A stretch of 64,000 nt of DNA from an uncultured Alphaproteobacteria bacterium (GTDB lineage Bacteria; Pseudomonadota; Alphaproteobacteria; Rhizobiales; Xanthobacteraceae): contig CAVPLO010000004.1 of the NCBI GenBank assembly GCA_963706265.1, positions 1,171,458 to 1,235,457 on the forward strand, written 5' to 3'. Positions 50,571-60,149 of this stretch are shown here, in pieces (position 1 is the first letter of the stretch; every line of letters starts with the position of its first letter). The notes below the pieces were generated by a model, which saw only the letters and a program-made list of their open reading frames with translations, did no database searches and had not been told where the DNA came from. The position numbers and the translations under genes are program-made.

Positions 50571-51739
50571 GCATGGGCGCCTGCCGGCAGACGGTTCTCG
50601 ATGATGCGGGCGAATACGCTGGCGCCGATCGGCAGAATCTTGTCGTCGAGCGTGTAGCCGGGATTATGCACCGGCACGGAGCCGTCATGACCGAGCCAGA
50701 AATAGGCGCCGGGCACGGCGTGCAGCATGTCGGCGAAATCCTCGCTGCCCATCTTGGGCTTGGAACGGGTCAGCACCTTGGCCGGATCGACCACCGTGCG
50801 TGCAACGTCGGCCACCACCTTGCAATGCTCGTCGTTGTTCACCAGGACGCTGAAGATGTCCCTGATATCGACAGATATCTCGACCTGGAAAGCGGCGGCC
50901 AGCCCGGCGCAGAGGCTGCGCATTCGCTCGCGGATCAGCGCGCGCACCTCGTCTGAGAAGGCGCGCACGGTGCCTGCGAGTTTGGCCTCGCCCGGGATCA
51001 CGTTATAGGCGGAGCCGGCATGAATTTGCGTAATCGACAGCACTGCGGCCTCGTTCGGCGAGACGTTGCGGCTGACGATGGTTTGCAGCGCCTGGCCCAG
51101 CGTCATCGCAATCACGACCGGGTCCCTGGAGTGCTCAGGCATCGCGCCATGGGCGCCGTATCCTGATATCGTGATGTCGAAGAAATCCGCGCCCGCCATC
51201 GCCGGTCCGGGCAGCACCGCAAGTTCGCCGTGGTCGAGGTCGGGCGCGTTGTGCAGGCCGTATATTTCGTCACAGGGAAATTTCTCGAACAACCCGTCCT
51301 TGATCATGGCGCGCGCGCCGCCAAGGCCTTCCTCGGCCGGCTGGAAGATGAAATGCACGGTGCCGTCGAAATTGCGGGTTTCGGCGAGATAGCGTGCAGT
51401 GCCGAGCAGGATGGTGGTGTGACCGTCATGGCCGCAGCCGTGAAAACGGCCGGGAATAGTCGAGCGCCATTTCAGGTTGGTGTTCTCTTCCATCGGTAGC
51501 GCGTCCATGTCGGCGCGAAGCCCGATGCGCCTTTTGCCGGAGCCTTTGCCCTTGAGCACGCCGACAACGCCAGTCCCGCCAAGTCCGCGATGCACCTCGA
51601 CGCCCCATTGCGTGAGCTTGTCGGCGACGATGCCGGAGGTGCGGACTTCTTCGAATCCGATTTCAGGATGGGCGTGCAGGTCCCGGCGGATGGCGGTCAG
51701 TTCGTCGGCAAAACGCTCGATGCGATCAATCGTGGGCAT
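50567..51739 (-). CDS. M20D amidohydrolase (hippurate hydrolase-like)
   Basis: RRDLHAHPE, RADMDAL, HGCGHDGH, QPAEEG, SEDF. Confidence 0.92.
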   Translation of the reverse strand: MPTIDRIERFADELTAIRRDLHAHPEIGFEEVRTSGIVADKLTQWGVEVHRGLGGTGVVGVLKGKGSGKRRIGLRADMDALPMEENTNLKWRSTIPGRFHGCGHDGHTTILLGTARYLAETRNFDGTVHFIFQPAEEGLGGARAMIKDGLFEKFPCDEIYGLHNAPDLDHGELAVLPGPAMAGADFFDITISGYGAHGAMPEHSRDPVVIAMTLGQALQTIVSRNVSPNEAAVLSITQIHAGSAYNVIPGEAKLAGTVRAFSDEVRALIRERMRSLCAGLAAAFQVEISVDIRDIFSVLVNNDEHCKVVADVARTVVDPAKVLTRSKPKMGSEDFADMLHAVPGAYFWLGHDGSVPVHNPGYTLDDKILPIGASVFARIIENRLPAGAHA

Positions 51740-51744
51740 ATCTC

Positions 51745-53280
51745 TTATCCAATGGCGTTGGAATGAAGCTGTGACGAGTAAGGCGCGATGAAGGCGGGCC
51801 CCTGCGGCTTAAGTCGAATGCCCGGACGCAATTTGGTCCAGGGCAGTAACGCGGGATCGGCGGGCATGGCGCCGGGGGCGGCGCAGATCAGGAGCTTTTC
51901 GGCGATCGGTTCAAAGTCGGCGCGGAAATGCACCGAACTCTTGTTAACAAGGATCGCCTGTTCGGTCGGTTCGATCCCGACATAGCGGAACATCGCTTGA
52001 TCCGCCAGTTGGGCCTTGTGCGAACTGACGACCACGCGGATGTCGCCGATCCGCAAGCACGCCGACGGCCCCATATCCATGTCGCGGCCGCCGAAGTAGG
52101 GGCCGGGTGCGACGAATTTGCCGTCGGACAATGTCTCGACCACGAACGTCGCCTCGAATGGCGCGTCGCCGGGAATACCGGATTTGCCGCCGAGGGCGAG
52201 CGTGACCGTAGCGCCGACGCCTGCTTCATGCGCGGCCCTGGCCGAAGCCGGATCATAGATCGCGCCGATCGCCGCGCGCGTCGCCCTGTTGCTGACCAGC
52301 GCCCGCAGCATGCCGGTGGTATCGGAATCGCCGCCGGCGCCGGGATTATCCTGGGTGTCGGCAATGATGACGGGCTTGTGCGCGGTCTTCGACAGTTCCA
52401 TGGCGAGCCGCACGCCTTCGTCGGGCGCGTAGATGCGGCCGCCGAAATCGCGCTCATGGCCTTCGATCAGGGCGGCGAGCTTGTCGACCACGGCCTGCGC
52501 GTCGGCTTGGGTTCGTCCATAGGCGAAGACGCTCGGTCCGCAATGGGCGAAATCGGCGGCCGGAAATCCCGGGCAGAACGAAAGCGTCGGCACGGCCTCG
52601 CTCTGAAGGGCCGCGAGCTTCTCGTAGACGTCCTTGGTCGGCTGATCATTGGTGCATTGCCAGCTGATGGGAATCAGGAACGGCAGTTGCCGAAAGGCCT
52701 TCTCCAAACGCCGACCGTCGCGCAGCAGAAGTGCAAGGTGACGTGCGGCGGCGCGGCCGGTGTCGGCCATGTCGACATGGGGATAGGTGCGATAGGCGAT
52801 CAGGGCGTCGGCGTGATGCACCATGTCAGGCGTGACATTGGCGTGCAGATCGAGGCTGACGACCAGCGGCAACGCATTGCCGATCACTTGGCGCACGCGG
52901 CGCAAGATCTCGCCTTCGCCGTCGTCGAAATGCTCGCTCACCATGGCGCCGTGCAGGTCGAGATAGACCGCATCAAGCGGCCCGGCGTCGGCGATGCCGT
53001 CGACGATCGCTGCTGCGATGCGCTCGTAGGCATCCCTGGTCACATGGGCGCAGGGACTGGCAGCGGCGAAAATCGTCGGGACCAGCTCCCAGCTATGCGT
53101 TTGCGCTTCACCGATAAAACCGGCGAGGCCGACATTGATGTTGCGCATCGCCTTGAGCAGGTCGGTGCCTTGCGTCATCGCGGGCCAACCGCCGCCGTGA
53201 ACGAAATCGGCGTATCTCGCTTTCGTCGGCGCGAAGGTATTGGTTTCGTGCAGAAAACCGCCGACGGCGATACGATGCAT
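51745..53280 (-). CDS. M81 family metallopeptidase (MlrC-like)
   Basis: HETNTF, LDLHGAM, DLHAN, YPHVD, DNPGAG. Confidence 0.9.
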   Translation of the reverse strand: MHRIAVGGFLHETNTFAPTKARYADFVHGGGWPAMTQGTDLLKAMRNINVGLAGFIGEAQTHSWELVPTIFAAASPCAHVTRDAYERIAAAIVDGIADAGPLDAVYLDLHGAMVSEHFDDGEGEILRRVRQVIGNALPLVVSLDLHANVTPDMVHHADALIAYRTYPHVDMADTGRAAARHLALLLRDGRRLEKAFRQLPFLIPISWQCTNDQPTKDVYEKLAALQSEAVPTLSFCPGFPAADFAHCGPSVFAYGRTQADAQAVVDKLAALIEGHERDFGGRIYAPDEGVRLAMELSKTAHKPVIIADTQDNPGAGGDSDTTGMLRALVSNRATRAAIGAIYDPASARAAHEAGVGATVTLALGGKSGIPGDAPFEATFVVETLSDGKFVAPGPYFGGRDMDMGPSACLRIGDIRVVVSSHKAQLADQAMFRYVGIEPTEQAILVNKSSVHFRADFEPIAEKLLICAAPGAMPADPALLPWTKLRPGIRLKPQGPAFIAPYSSQLHSNAIG

Positions 53281-53300
53281 GGGTTTGTCTCAGGTGAGGC

Positions 53301-53448
53301 CTAAACTATCGTTCCAGCTTCCACGACGGGGCGGAAGTTGCCGAAATCCCATCTGCGTCCGGGTGCGGCGTCAAGCAGCGCGCGGGTATGGGCCTGTTGC
53401 GGTTTTGTGAGGACTTGTGCCGCCGGACCCCTGTTCGACGATCGCCGC
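53301..53448 (-). pseudogene. 3' remnant of a dipeptide/oligopeptide ABC ATPase
   Basis: IVEQG (frameshifted) PAAQVLTKPQQAHTRALLDAAPG, the typical DppF/OppF C-terminus; no ATPase body upstream. Confidence 0.7.
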
Positions 53449-53455
53449 GTCGCGC

Positions 53456-54175
53456 TTAGTGGTCTTCCATGCGGTTCTCGCCAATCGACATCGCGCAAAT
53501 CCGCGACAGATGCACATAGGGCAGGCCGGTCTCAGCCGCCCAGGCATTGAATTGCGCCTGCACCTTGGCCAGATCGCCTTTCGACTTCACCTCAGTTGCG
53601 ATGTCGAGCCCGGCATCGCGCAGGCAGGCGACCACGTCCTGTGAGGTGACAAAGCCGTCCCAGCCGATGAAGCGCAAGAACATCTGGCCGGTGTTGCCGC
53701 CGAGGCGGCTGCCGCGCTTGCTGAGCAGATCGAGAAGGCCGATCTGGTCGGAGGAGGGCCAGCCGATGAGGAATTTTCCGAAGCTGCCGTGTTCTTTTGA
53801 GATGTCCTGGACGAAGGCGGCATTGTCGCGAACCGACGCGATCTTGGCACCGTTGCGCACAATGCGGGTGTCGGACAGCAGTCCGTGCCAGAAATCGTCA
53901 GGCTGGAAAATCAATCTCGCCGGCTTGAAGCCGAGGAAGGCGTTCTCGAAGCCCGCCCATTTGTTTTCGATCACGCGCCAGGCAAAGCCTGCCGAAAACA
54001 CGCGCTGGGTCATCTCTGCGAGAATGCGGTCGTCCGCCAGTTTGGCGAGCGCTTTCATGTCGGGTTTCTTCGGCAAAAGCTTTTCGAGCGCCTTTCCGCC
54101 GCCCTTGCGCTGTTCGGCCCTGGCGCGAATGGGTTTGAAGGGAAGGGCGCGGGGCTTGCCGGTCGTCTCCGCCAT
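53456..54175 (-). CDS. DNA-3-methyladenine glycosylase I (Tag)-like protein
   Basis: VFSAGFAWRVIENKW.GFE.AF, IVRNGAKI. Confidence 0.78.
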   Translation of the reverse strand: MAETTGKPRALPFKPIRARAEQRKGGGKALEKLLPKKPDMKALAKLADDRILAEMTQRVFSAGFAWRVIENKWAGFENAFLGFKPARLIFQPDDFWHGLLSDTRIVRNGAKIASVRDNAAFVQDISKEHGSFGKFLIGWPSSDQIGLLDLLSKRGSRLGGNTGQMFLRFIGWDGFVTSQDVVACLRDAGLDIATEVKSKGDLAKVQAQFNAWAAETGLPYVHLSRICAMSIGENRMEDH

Positions 54176-54185
54176 GAGAATGCGC

Positions 54186-55316
54186 CTATGTCAGGGTCGC
54201 CAGCAAGCCGGCCATCAGGCGGCCGCGCTCGGCGAGGCTGTCGACCTCGATGTGCTCATTGAGCGTATGCGCGTCGGCGCCGCGAGCGCCGAGCCCATCC
54301 AGCGTCGGAATTCCCATCGCGCCGGTGAAATTGCCGTCGGAGCCGCCGCCGGCCGAGCCATGCGGCAGATCGAGCCCCAGGGCAGCAGCGACGCCGCGCG
54401 CCTTTTCATAAAGCGCCATCGTGCCGGCGTCCGGCTCCCACACCGGCCGCGTCACGCCCCGTGTCACCTTGAACGTCACGTCGTTGGAGGAACCGGACAG
54501 CGCCAGCATCCGCTCGACGCCGCGATCGAGATCGGCCTGACGCTTGGCCATGCTGAGCGCCTCACCGGTGCAGGTGGTGGCGACGCAATTGACCCATTGG
54601 CCGCCATGCACGATGCCGACCGAGAAGGTGCAATCGTCCGACGTCATGCCGTCGATGACCAGGATCTGCCGCGCCATCTCGCGAATGGCCGAGCGTCCCG
54701 ACGATAGCGTGGCGCCGGCGTGGCTCGGCTTGCCGGTGGTTTCCAGATTGAACCGCGCGATCGCGTAGCGCCCGGTGACGACGCCGTTGTTCGGCCGGCC
54801 GGGTTCGGGCACCAGCACATATTTGTTGCGCCTGGCTTCGGCCTCGATGAGTTCTCGCGTCGAGGGGGTGCCGACTTCTTCGTCCGGAGTGAACAATACG
54901 GTGACGGGAACGGGCGTCGTGAAGGCGGCGTGCGCCAGCTGCCGTATCGCTTCCAGCGCGAGGTAATTGCCGCCTTTCATGTCGAAGATGCCGGGGCCGA
55001 AGCATTTGTTGCCCTCGCGCCGCCATTTCAGCTTTTCGATCGTGCCGACGGGATGAACCGTGTCGAGGTGGCCGGCGATCAGGATGCCGGGCTCGCCCTG
55101 CCTCGGATGGGGGAATTTCGCCCGCACGCAGCCGCCAAACCCCTGCCGCCCTGCGATACGCTCGATCGACCCTCCCATGATTGCCATTTCACGCGCTGCA
55201 AGATCGAGCATCCGGTTGACGGCGGAGGCATCCCAGGTCGGGCTTTCGCATTCGACCCAGGCGCGCAAGCCCGCGAGCATGGATTCGGAATCAAAGGGAA
55301 GGTTGGCGGGATTCAT
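54186..55316 (-). CDS. M20 peptidase (glutamate carboxypeptidase-like)
   Basis: GHLDTV, GPGIFDMKGG, DEEVG, GGSDGN. Confidence 0.9.
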   Translation of the reverse strand: MNPANLPFDSESMLAGLRAWVECESPTWDASAVNRMLDLAAREMAIMGGSIERIAGRQGFGGCVRAKFPHPRQGEPGILIAGHLDTVHPVGTIEKLKWRREGNKCFGPGIFDMKGGNYLALEAIRQLAHAAFTTPVPVTVLFTPDEEVGTPSTRELIEAEARRNKYVLVPEPGRPNNGVVTGRYAIARFNLETTGKPSHAGATLSSGRSAIREMARQILVIDGMTSDDCTFSVGIVHGGQWVNCVATTCTGEALSMAKRQADLDRGVERMLALSGSSNDVTFKVTRGVTRPVWEPDAGTMALYEKARGVAAALGLDLPHGSAGGGSDGNFTGAMGIPTLDGLGARGADAHTLNEHIEVDSLAERGRLMAGLLATLT

Positions 55317-55919
55317 CGGAAGGCTCCCGTTCAGAAGGGGTATTTCGACAGGCGAAACGCAAAAGCGTGCCCTACAAGAAGGATCGGTGACATCTTTGTA
55401 AAGTCACACTTCGGCAAGCCAGCGGCCAGCTTACGTCTCCACTGAGGGAAAATCCCGGCCTGTTTGCTGCCGGAGCGGGCGCCGCCATAAAGCGAATCGA
55501 CAACGCTCAAGCTTCGCCCTTGATTTGAGTGTCACGTATTCATCGCGGTCGCCTGCTTATGTTGGCCGACACTGTTGTCGACATTGTTGGGCAGCATGGT
55601 ATGATGACCAACATTGTCAGCAACATCGCAAGTGCGGCGGAGGCGTGCGGAAAATTTTTTTAGGGTCAAGTGCGCATGAACTGATCGCCGTTGGAAAGCG
55701 AACACAAACGCTTTCGCGGCAAAAAATAACTTGCCTCTGTCGTGGTTTAGCAAGCGATGCGACGAAGATGGCAATTGAGCAGCACACGACGTGCTGCGTT
55801 TGTTGGTGCTGGAGAAGGCGCGAACCAAATCGGTTCGACGTCAATCCGACACATGCGCGTCATTGACGCAAATTATCGATCCCCGCGCTTCTGCCACTCG
55901 TTTTAGCTCTGGGGAAAAG

Positions 55920-57668
55920 ATGAAAAATTTGAAGCTGAAATCCGCTCTGCTGTCTTCGGCTGCGCTGATTGCCGTGGCCACCATGACGACAAGCGGTTCG
56001 GTCGCGGCAACAGCCTCGCCGCCGAAGTGTCTCCCGTCGTCAGCCTGATCGACGACGTCGCCTCGAACGCCAGGAAGTCGTCGGCGGTCAATCCGGACAG
56101 GCTGCCGACCAAGACGCCGATCAAGCACCTCGTCGTTGTCTTCAACGAGAACCGTTCGTTCGATCATTACTTCGGCACATATCCGAACGCCGTGAATCCG
56201 GAAGGCGAGCCGCTTTTCGAGCCCGCCAGGAACACGCAGCGCGATATCAACAACCTGGATTCGAATTCAGCGTCTGCTCGACCAACAATCCGAACCTGAC
56301 AAATATGCTCAACAGCCCGAATGCGTCCAATCCGTTCCGTCTCGATCGCACGCAGGCCGCCAGCGGCGACCAGGACCACTCGTATACACCCGAACAGAAA
56401 GCCTATGACGCCGGCAATCAACGACCTCTTCCCGCTGGATGTCGGTACGCGGCACCGCCGGTGGCGCCGGCGCCTTCGGCACCAAAGCGCTGACGATGGG
56501 CTATTTCGACGGCAATACGGTCACCGCGTTCTGGAACTACGCCCAGAACTACGCGATGAGCGACAATTCCTGGTCTGACGACTTTGGTCCGTCGACGCCT
56601 GGCGCGCTCAACATGTTCGGCGGCAATACAAACGGCGCAGTAGTGCCTGCGGGCCTTTCGGCGAACACGATTCCGGACGGCCAGGGTGGATTGAGTTTGA
56701 TCAACGATACCGATCCCACGTTTGACGTCTGCTCGAGCAAGACGGCCCAGGTCTCCATCAACGCCCCGAACATCGGCGACCTGCTCAACGCAGCCGACAT
56801 TCCGTGGGGTTCGTTCATGGGTGGTTTCAATCTGCAAACCGTCGCCGAAAACGGCACGTCGGGTTGTACGCGTAGTTCGTTCAGCCAGGTCACCGGCGCC
56901 TCGACTGCCGACTACATCCAGCATCATGCCTGGTTCCAGTACTACGCGTCGACGTCGAATCCGACCCACGCCCGTCCGACTTCGACGACGGCGATCGGCT
57001 ACACCCATGTTCCTGGTCACCCGAAAAAGGTCGACCCGGCCAACCATGCCTACGATCTGGAAGACTTCACCAACGCCGTCGGCGCCGGCAACTACCCTGC
57101 CGTTTCCTTCATCAAGCTGCCGGCCTTCCAGGATGGTCATGCCGGTTACTCCAATCCGCTCGACGAGCAGACCGGGGTGGTCAACCTGATCAACTTTCTT
57201 CAGCAGCAGCCCGATTGGGATACGACGGCAGTGATCATTGCCTATGACAACTCCGACGGCTGGTACGATCATGCGTTCGCCACGACGGTGCACGGTTCGT
57301 TCAACCTGACTGCGGATGCGCTGAATGGCACGGGCAACTGCGGCATCCCCGGAACAACCCCGAAGCCGCTCGGCGTCAACGGTCAGGCGGTTGATGGCCG
57401 CTGCGGTCCGGGTACCCGCCAGCCGTTCCTGGTGATCTCGCCCTATGCCAAGAAGAACTACGTCAGTCACGTCCTGATCACGCAGGCCTCGATCCCGCAA
57501 TTCATCGAGGACAACTGGCTGAACAGCCAGCGTCTCGGCAAAGGCTCTTTCGATGCCTCGACCGGTTCGATCATGGACATGTTCAACTTCAACAAGAAAA
57601 ACTCGGCGAAGCTGATCCTCGATCCGACCTTCGGCACCGTGGATACCAGGTCGAAGGTCAAGAACTAG
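55920..57668 (+). CDS. Phospholipase C / acid phosphatase (phosphoesterase) family protein; several indels in the 5' 550 bp
   Basis: Signal peptide; PIKHLVVVFNENRSFDHYFG; FGPSTPG; DGHAGYS; YDNSDGWYDH; GTRQPFLVISPY. Confidence 0.82.
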
Positions 57669-57832
57669 AGCTCCGATTCCGAAGTTCGCAAGCAACCGCG
57701 GCAACCGCTGATGCGAACTTCGGAAATCAAAGGAGCTCTAGCAACTTATTGATTCTAGGGCGGCCTTGAATTTGAAGTTCCTATGACGAACTGGCCGCAA
57801 CACTGATAGGAACTTCAAATTCGCCGCACTAG
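57665..57832 (-). mobile_element. Twin bulged-hairpin element, CD subtype (inverted), inside an operon
   Basis: CTAG at both ends, the left one containing the PLC stop; linker (minus strand) AATCAATAAGTTG. Confidence 0.85.
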
Positions 57833-57845
57833 TGAGCTGACTTAT

Positions 57846-59168
57846 ATGCTACATCGCACAATCGTGTGGTCCCTCGGCGCCGGCCTTCTGGCCGGCGCCG
57901 TCTTCGCGGCCGAGCCGCAAACCTTGCCCGGCGAAAACCCGAATCCGGTTCATCTGGTCCGTCGTCCCGTCCAGCCGCTCTCCGCGATGGCGAGACTCGG
58001 CCGTGACATATTTTTCGACGCCAGCCTGTCGTCGTCGGGTAAGCTCGCTTGCGCGTCGTGTCACAGTCCGGACCATGCCTATGGTCCCCCGAACGATGCG
58101 CCCGTGATGCTCGGCGGCCCGAACCTGACGTCGCCAGGCATGCGCGCCGTTCCGTCGCTGACGTATCTGGAACGGCAGCCCGAATTCAGCATCGGCCCCG
58201 ATGATCCCCTGAACGAGAATGTGAACCTGGCGCGGCAGGCCGAGATCGGCAAGACCGCGGTGCGCGCGGAGAAGATCGCAACCCAGACGGCGCAAAGCGC
58301 AAATATCGTTCCGCAGGGCGGTCTGTTCTGGGACGGCCGCGCCCACACCCTTCAAATCCAGGCGGAAGGCCCATTGCTCGACCCGCGCGAGATGGACGGC
58401 GGCAGCCTGGAGATCATTGCCGAGAAACTGCGCAACGCGCCGTACGCCAGGAAATTTGCAGGCCTGTTCGGCGAGCGCGTTTTCAAGGACTCGAAATTGC
58501 TGGCCGCCGAGGCGTTGTTCGCCGTTGGGCGCTATCAGATCGAGGAACCGAGCTTCCATCCTTATACCAGCAAGTACGACTACTGGCTGGAAGGCAAGGC
58601 TCGCCTGAGCGCGGCCGAAATGCGCGGCCTTCGCCTGTTCAACGATCCCCAGAAAGCCAATTGCGCCGGCTGCCATACCTCGGAGCCAAGCCGGGACGGA
58701 TTGCCGCCGCGCTTTACCGATACCCAATATGAAGCCTTGGGCGCGCCGCGCAATCTCGCGCTCGCCGATACCAAGGACCCCGGCTATTTCGACCTCGGGG
58801 TTTGCGGCCCCGTTCGCAAGGACATCGCGGACCAGACGCAGTTTTGCGGCATGTTCAAAACGCCGAGCTTGCGCAACACGGCCTTCCGCCGCACTTTCTT
58901 CCACAACGGCGTGTTCCACACGCTGCAGGAGGTGATGGATTTCTACAATTTCCGCGACACCAATCCGGAGAAGGTTTTTCCGGTCGGCGCCGACGGGAAA
59001 GTGCAGATGTTCAACGACATCCCGGCGCAGTATCACGCCAACGTCGATGTCACCGATCCGCCCTTTAACCGCCATCTCGGTGAAACGCCGGCGATGACAG
59101 CACAGGATGAAGCCGACATCATCGCGTTCCTGCAAACCCTGAGCGACGGCTACAAGCCGGAGCAATAA
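57846..59168 (+). CDS. Di-heme cytochrome c peroxidase / MauG superfamily protein (BthA-like)
   Basis: CASCH and CAGCH heme motifs, FWDGRA, FKTPSLRN, C-terminal LSDGY. Confidence 0.88.
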   Translation: MLHRTIVWSLGAGLLAGAVFAAEPQTLPGENPNPVHLVRRPVQPLSAMARLGRDIFFDASLSSSGKLACASCHSPDHAYGPPNDAPVMLGGPNLTSPGMRAVPSLTYLERQPEFSIGPDDPLNENVNLARQAEIGKTAVRAEKIATQTAQSANIVPQGGLFWDGRAHTLQIQAEGPLLDPREMDGGSLEIIAEKLRNAPYARKFAGLFGERVFKDSKLLAAEALFAVGRYQIEEPSFHPYTSKYDYWLEGKARLSAAEMRGLRLFNDPQKANCAGCHTSEPSRDGLPPRFTDTQYEALGAPRNLALADTKDPGYFDLGVCGPVRKDIADQTQFCGMFKTPSLRNTAFRRTFFHNGVFHTLQEVMDFYNFRDTNPEKVFPVGADGKVQMFNDIPAQYHANVDVTDPPFNRHLGETPAMTAQDEADIIAFLQTLSDGYKPEQ

Positions 59169-59359
59169 TGACGGTCCCGGCATTCCCCCGAGGGGGAAAA
59201 GGTATTCGCGCCGTTCTATCGGCGCGATTCGGCGCGCGATCCCGCCAAGGCGAGCGTCCGTCTCGGCATCTGCGGTCCTAAAGAATTCTTAAGTTTTAGT
59301 TGAGCGAGCAACGCTCCATCCTCTCCAGTCGGTTTGTCCTAAGGGAGGGGAGGAAGTCA

Positions 59360-60061
59360 TTGAGCAAGGGGCCTTTGGTCCCCGGCTGGACCATCTTGCT
59401 CGTCGAAGACGAAATAGAACTGGCGAGTGAGATCAAGATCGAACTGGAGCGAAACGGCTATCTCGTGCGCCCGGTTTCCTTGGCCGATGTGATGGACATC
59501 GCCCGGACGAATGGCGCCGCCATGTTGATTCTTGATCGGCTCCTGTACGGCGTGGACAGCCTGCGCACGCTTGAGGATCTACGCAAGCGGGGCATTAAAA
59601 TTCCGGTGCTCGTGATCTCGGTGCTGTCGTCCGTTGACGAAATCGCCCAAGGCCTGAAAGCAGGTGCAGACGACTATCTGGCAAAGCCGTTCTATATGGT
59701 GGAACTTGTCGCCAGGGTAGAGGCGCTGCTACGCCGCCTCGGCGAGGTTCGCACGACGAAACTAAGCGTTGACGATCTCGAAATGGACCTGATCGAACAG
59801 GCGGTCTTTCGCGGAGGCGAAAAGATCTACCTGCTTCCACGCGAGCTCAAGCTTCTGGAATACTTCCTTCGTCGTCCCGGCCAAATCGTCACCCGCGAGA
59901 TGCTGCTCAGGGATGTGTGGCAGTACGATCAGGGAATGGAGACCAACGTGGTTGACGCCCACGTCAGCAATCTGCGGCGGAAGATCGACGACCACGGCTT
60001 GCCGTCACGGATCGCCAATGTGCGCGGGATCGGCTATATGCTGCGCGCCCATGCGGCCTAA
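59360..60061 (+). CDS. OmpR-family response regulator
   Basis: LLVEDE, LILDR, GADDYLAKPF, winged helix TNVVDAHVSNLRRKID. Confidence 0.9.
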   Translation: MSKGPLVPGWTILLVEDEIELASEIKIELERNGYLVRPVSLADVMDIARTNGAAMLILDRLLYGVDSLRTLEDLRKRGIKIPVLVISVLSSVDEIAQGLKAGADDYLAKPFYMVELVARVEALLRRLGEVRTTKLSVDDLEMDLIEQAVFRGGEKIYLLPRELKLLEYFLRRPGQIVTREMLLRDVWQYDQGMETNVVDAHVSNLRRKIDDHGLPSRIANVRGIGYMLRAHAA

Positions 60062-60149
60062 CTTCCGGCATCGCCGACCATGAGGTTTATCGCTCCAGTC
60101 GGAAGCGGCTCTGCCGTGGCTGCGACCGGTCCGATTGCCAAGTCCCGCG

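Noticed and set aside
59360-60061. Complete two-component system
   Set aside because: No histidine kinase is adjacent; orphan regulators are common, so it was not scored as a finding.
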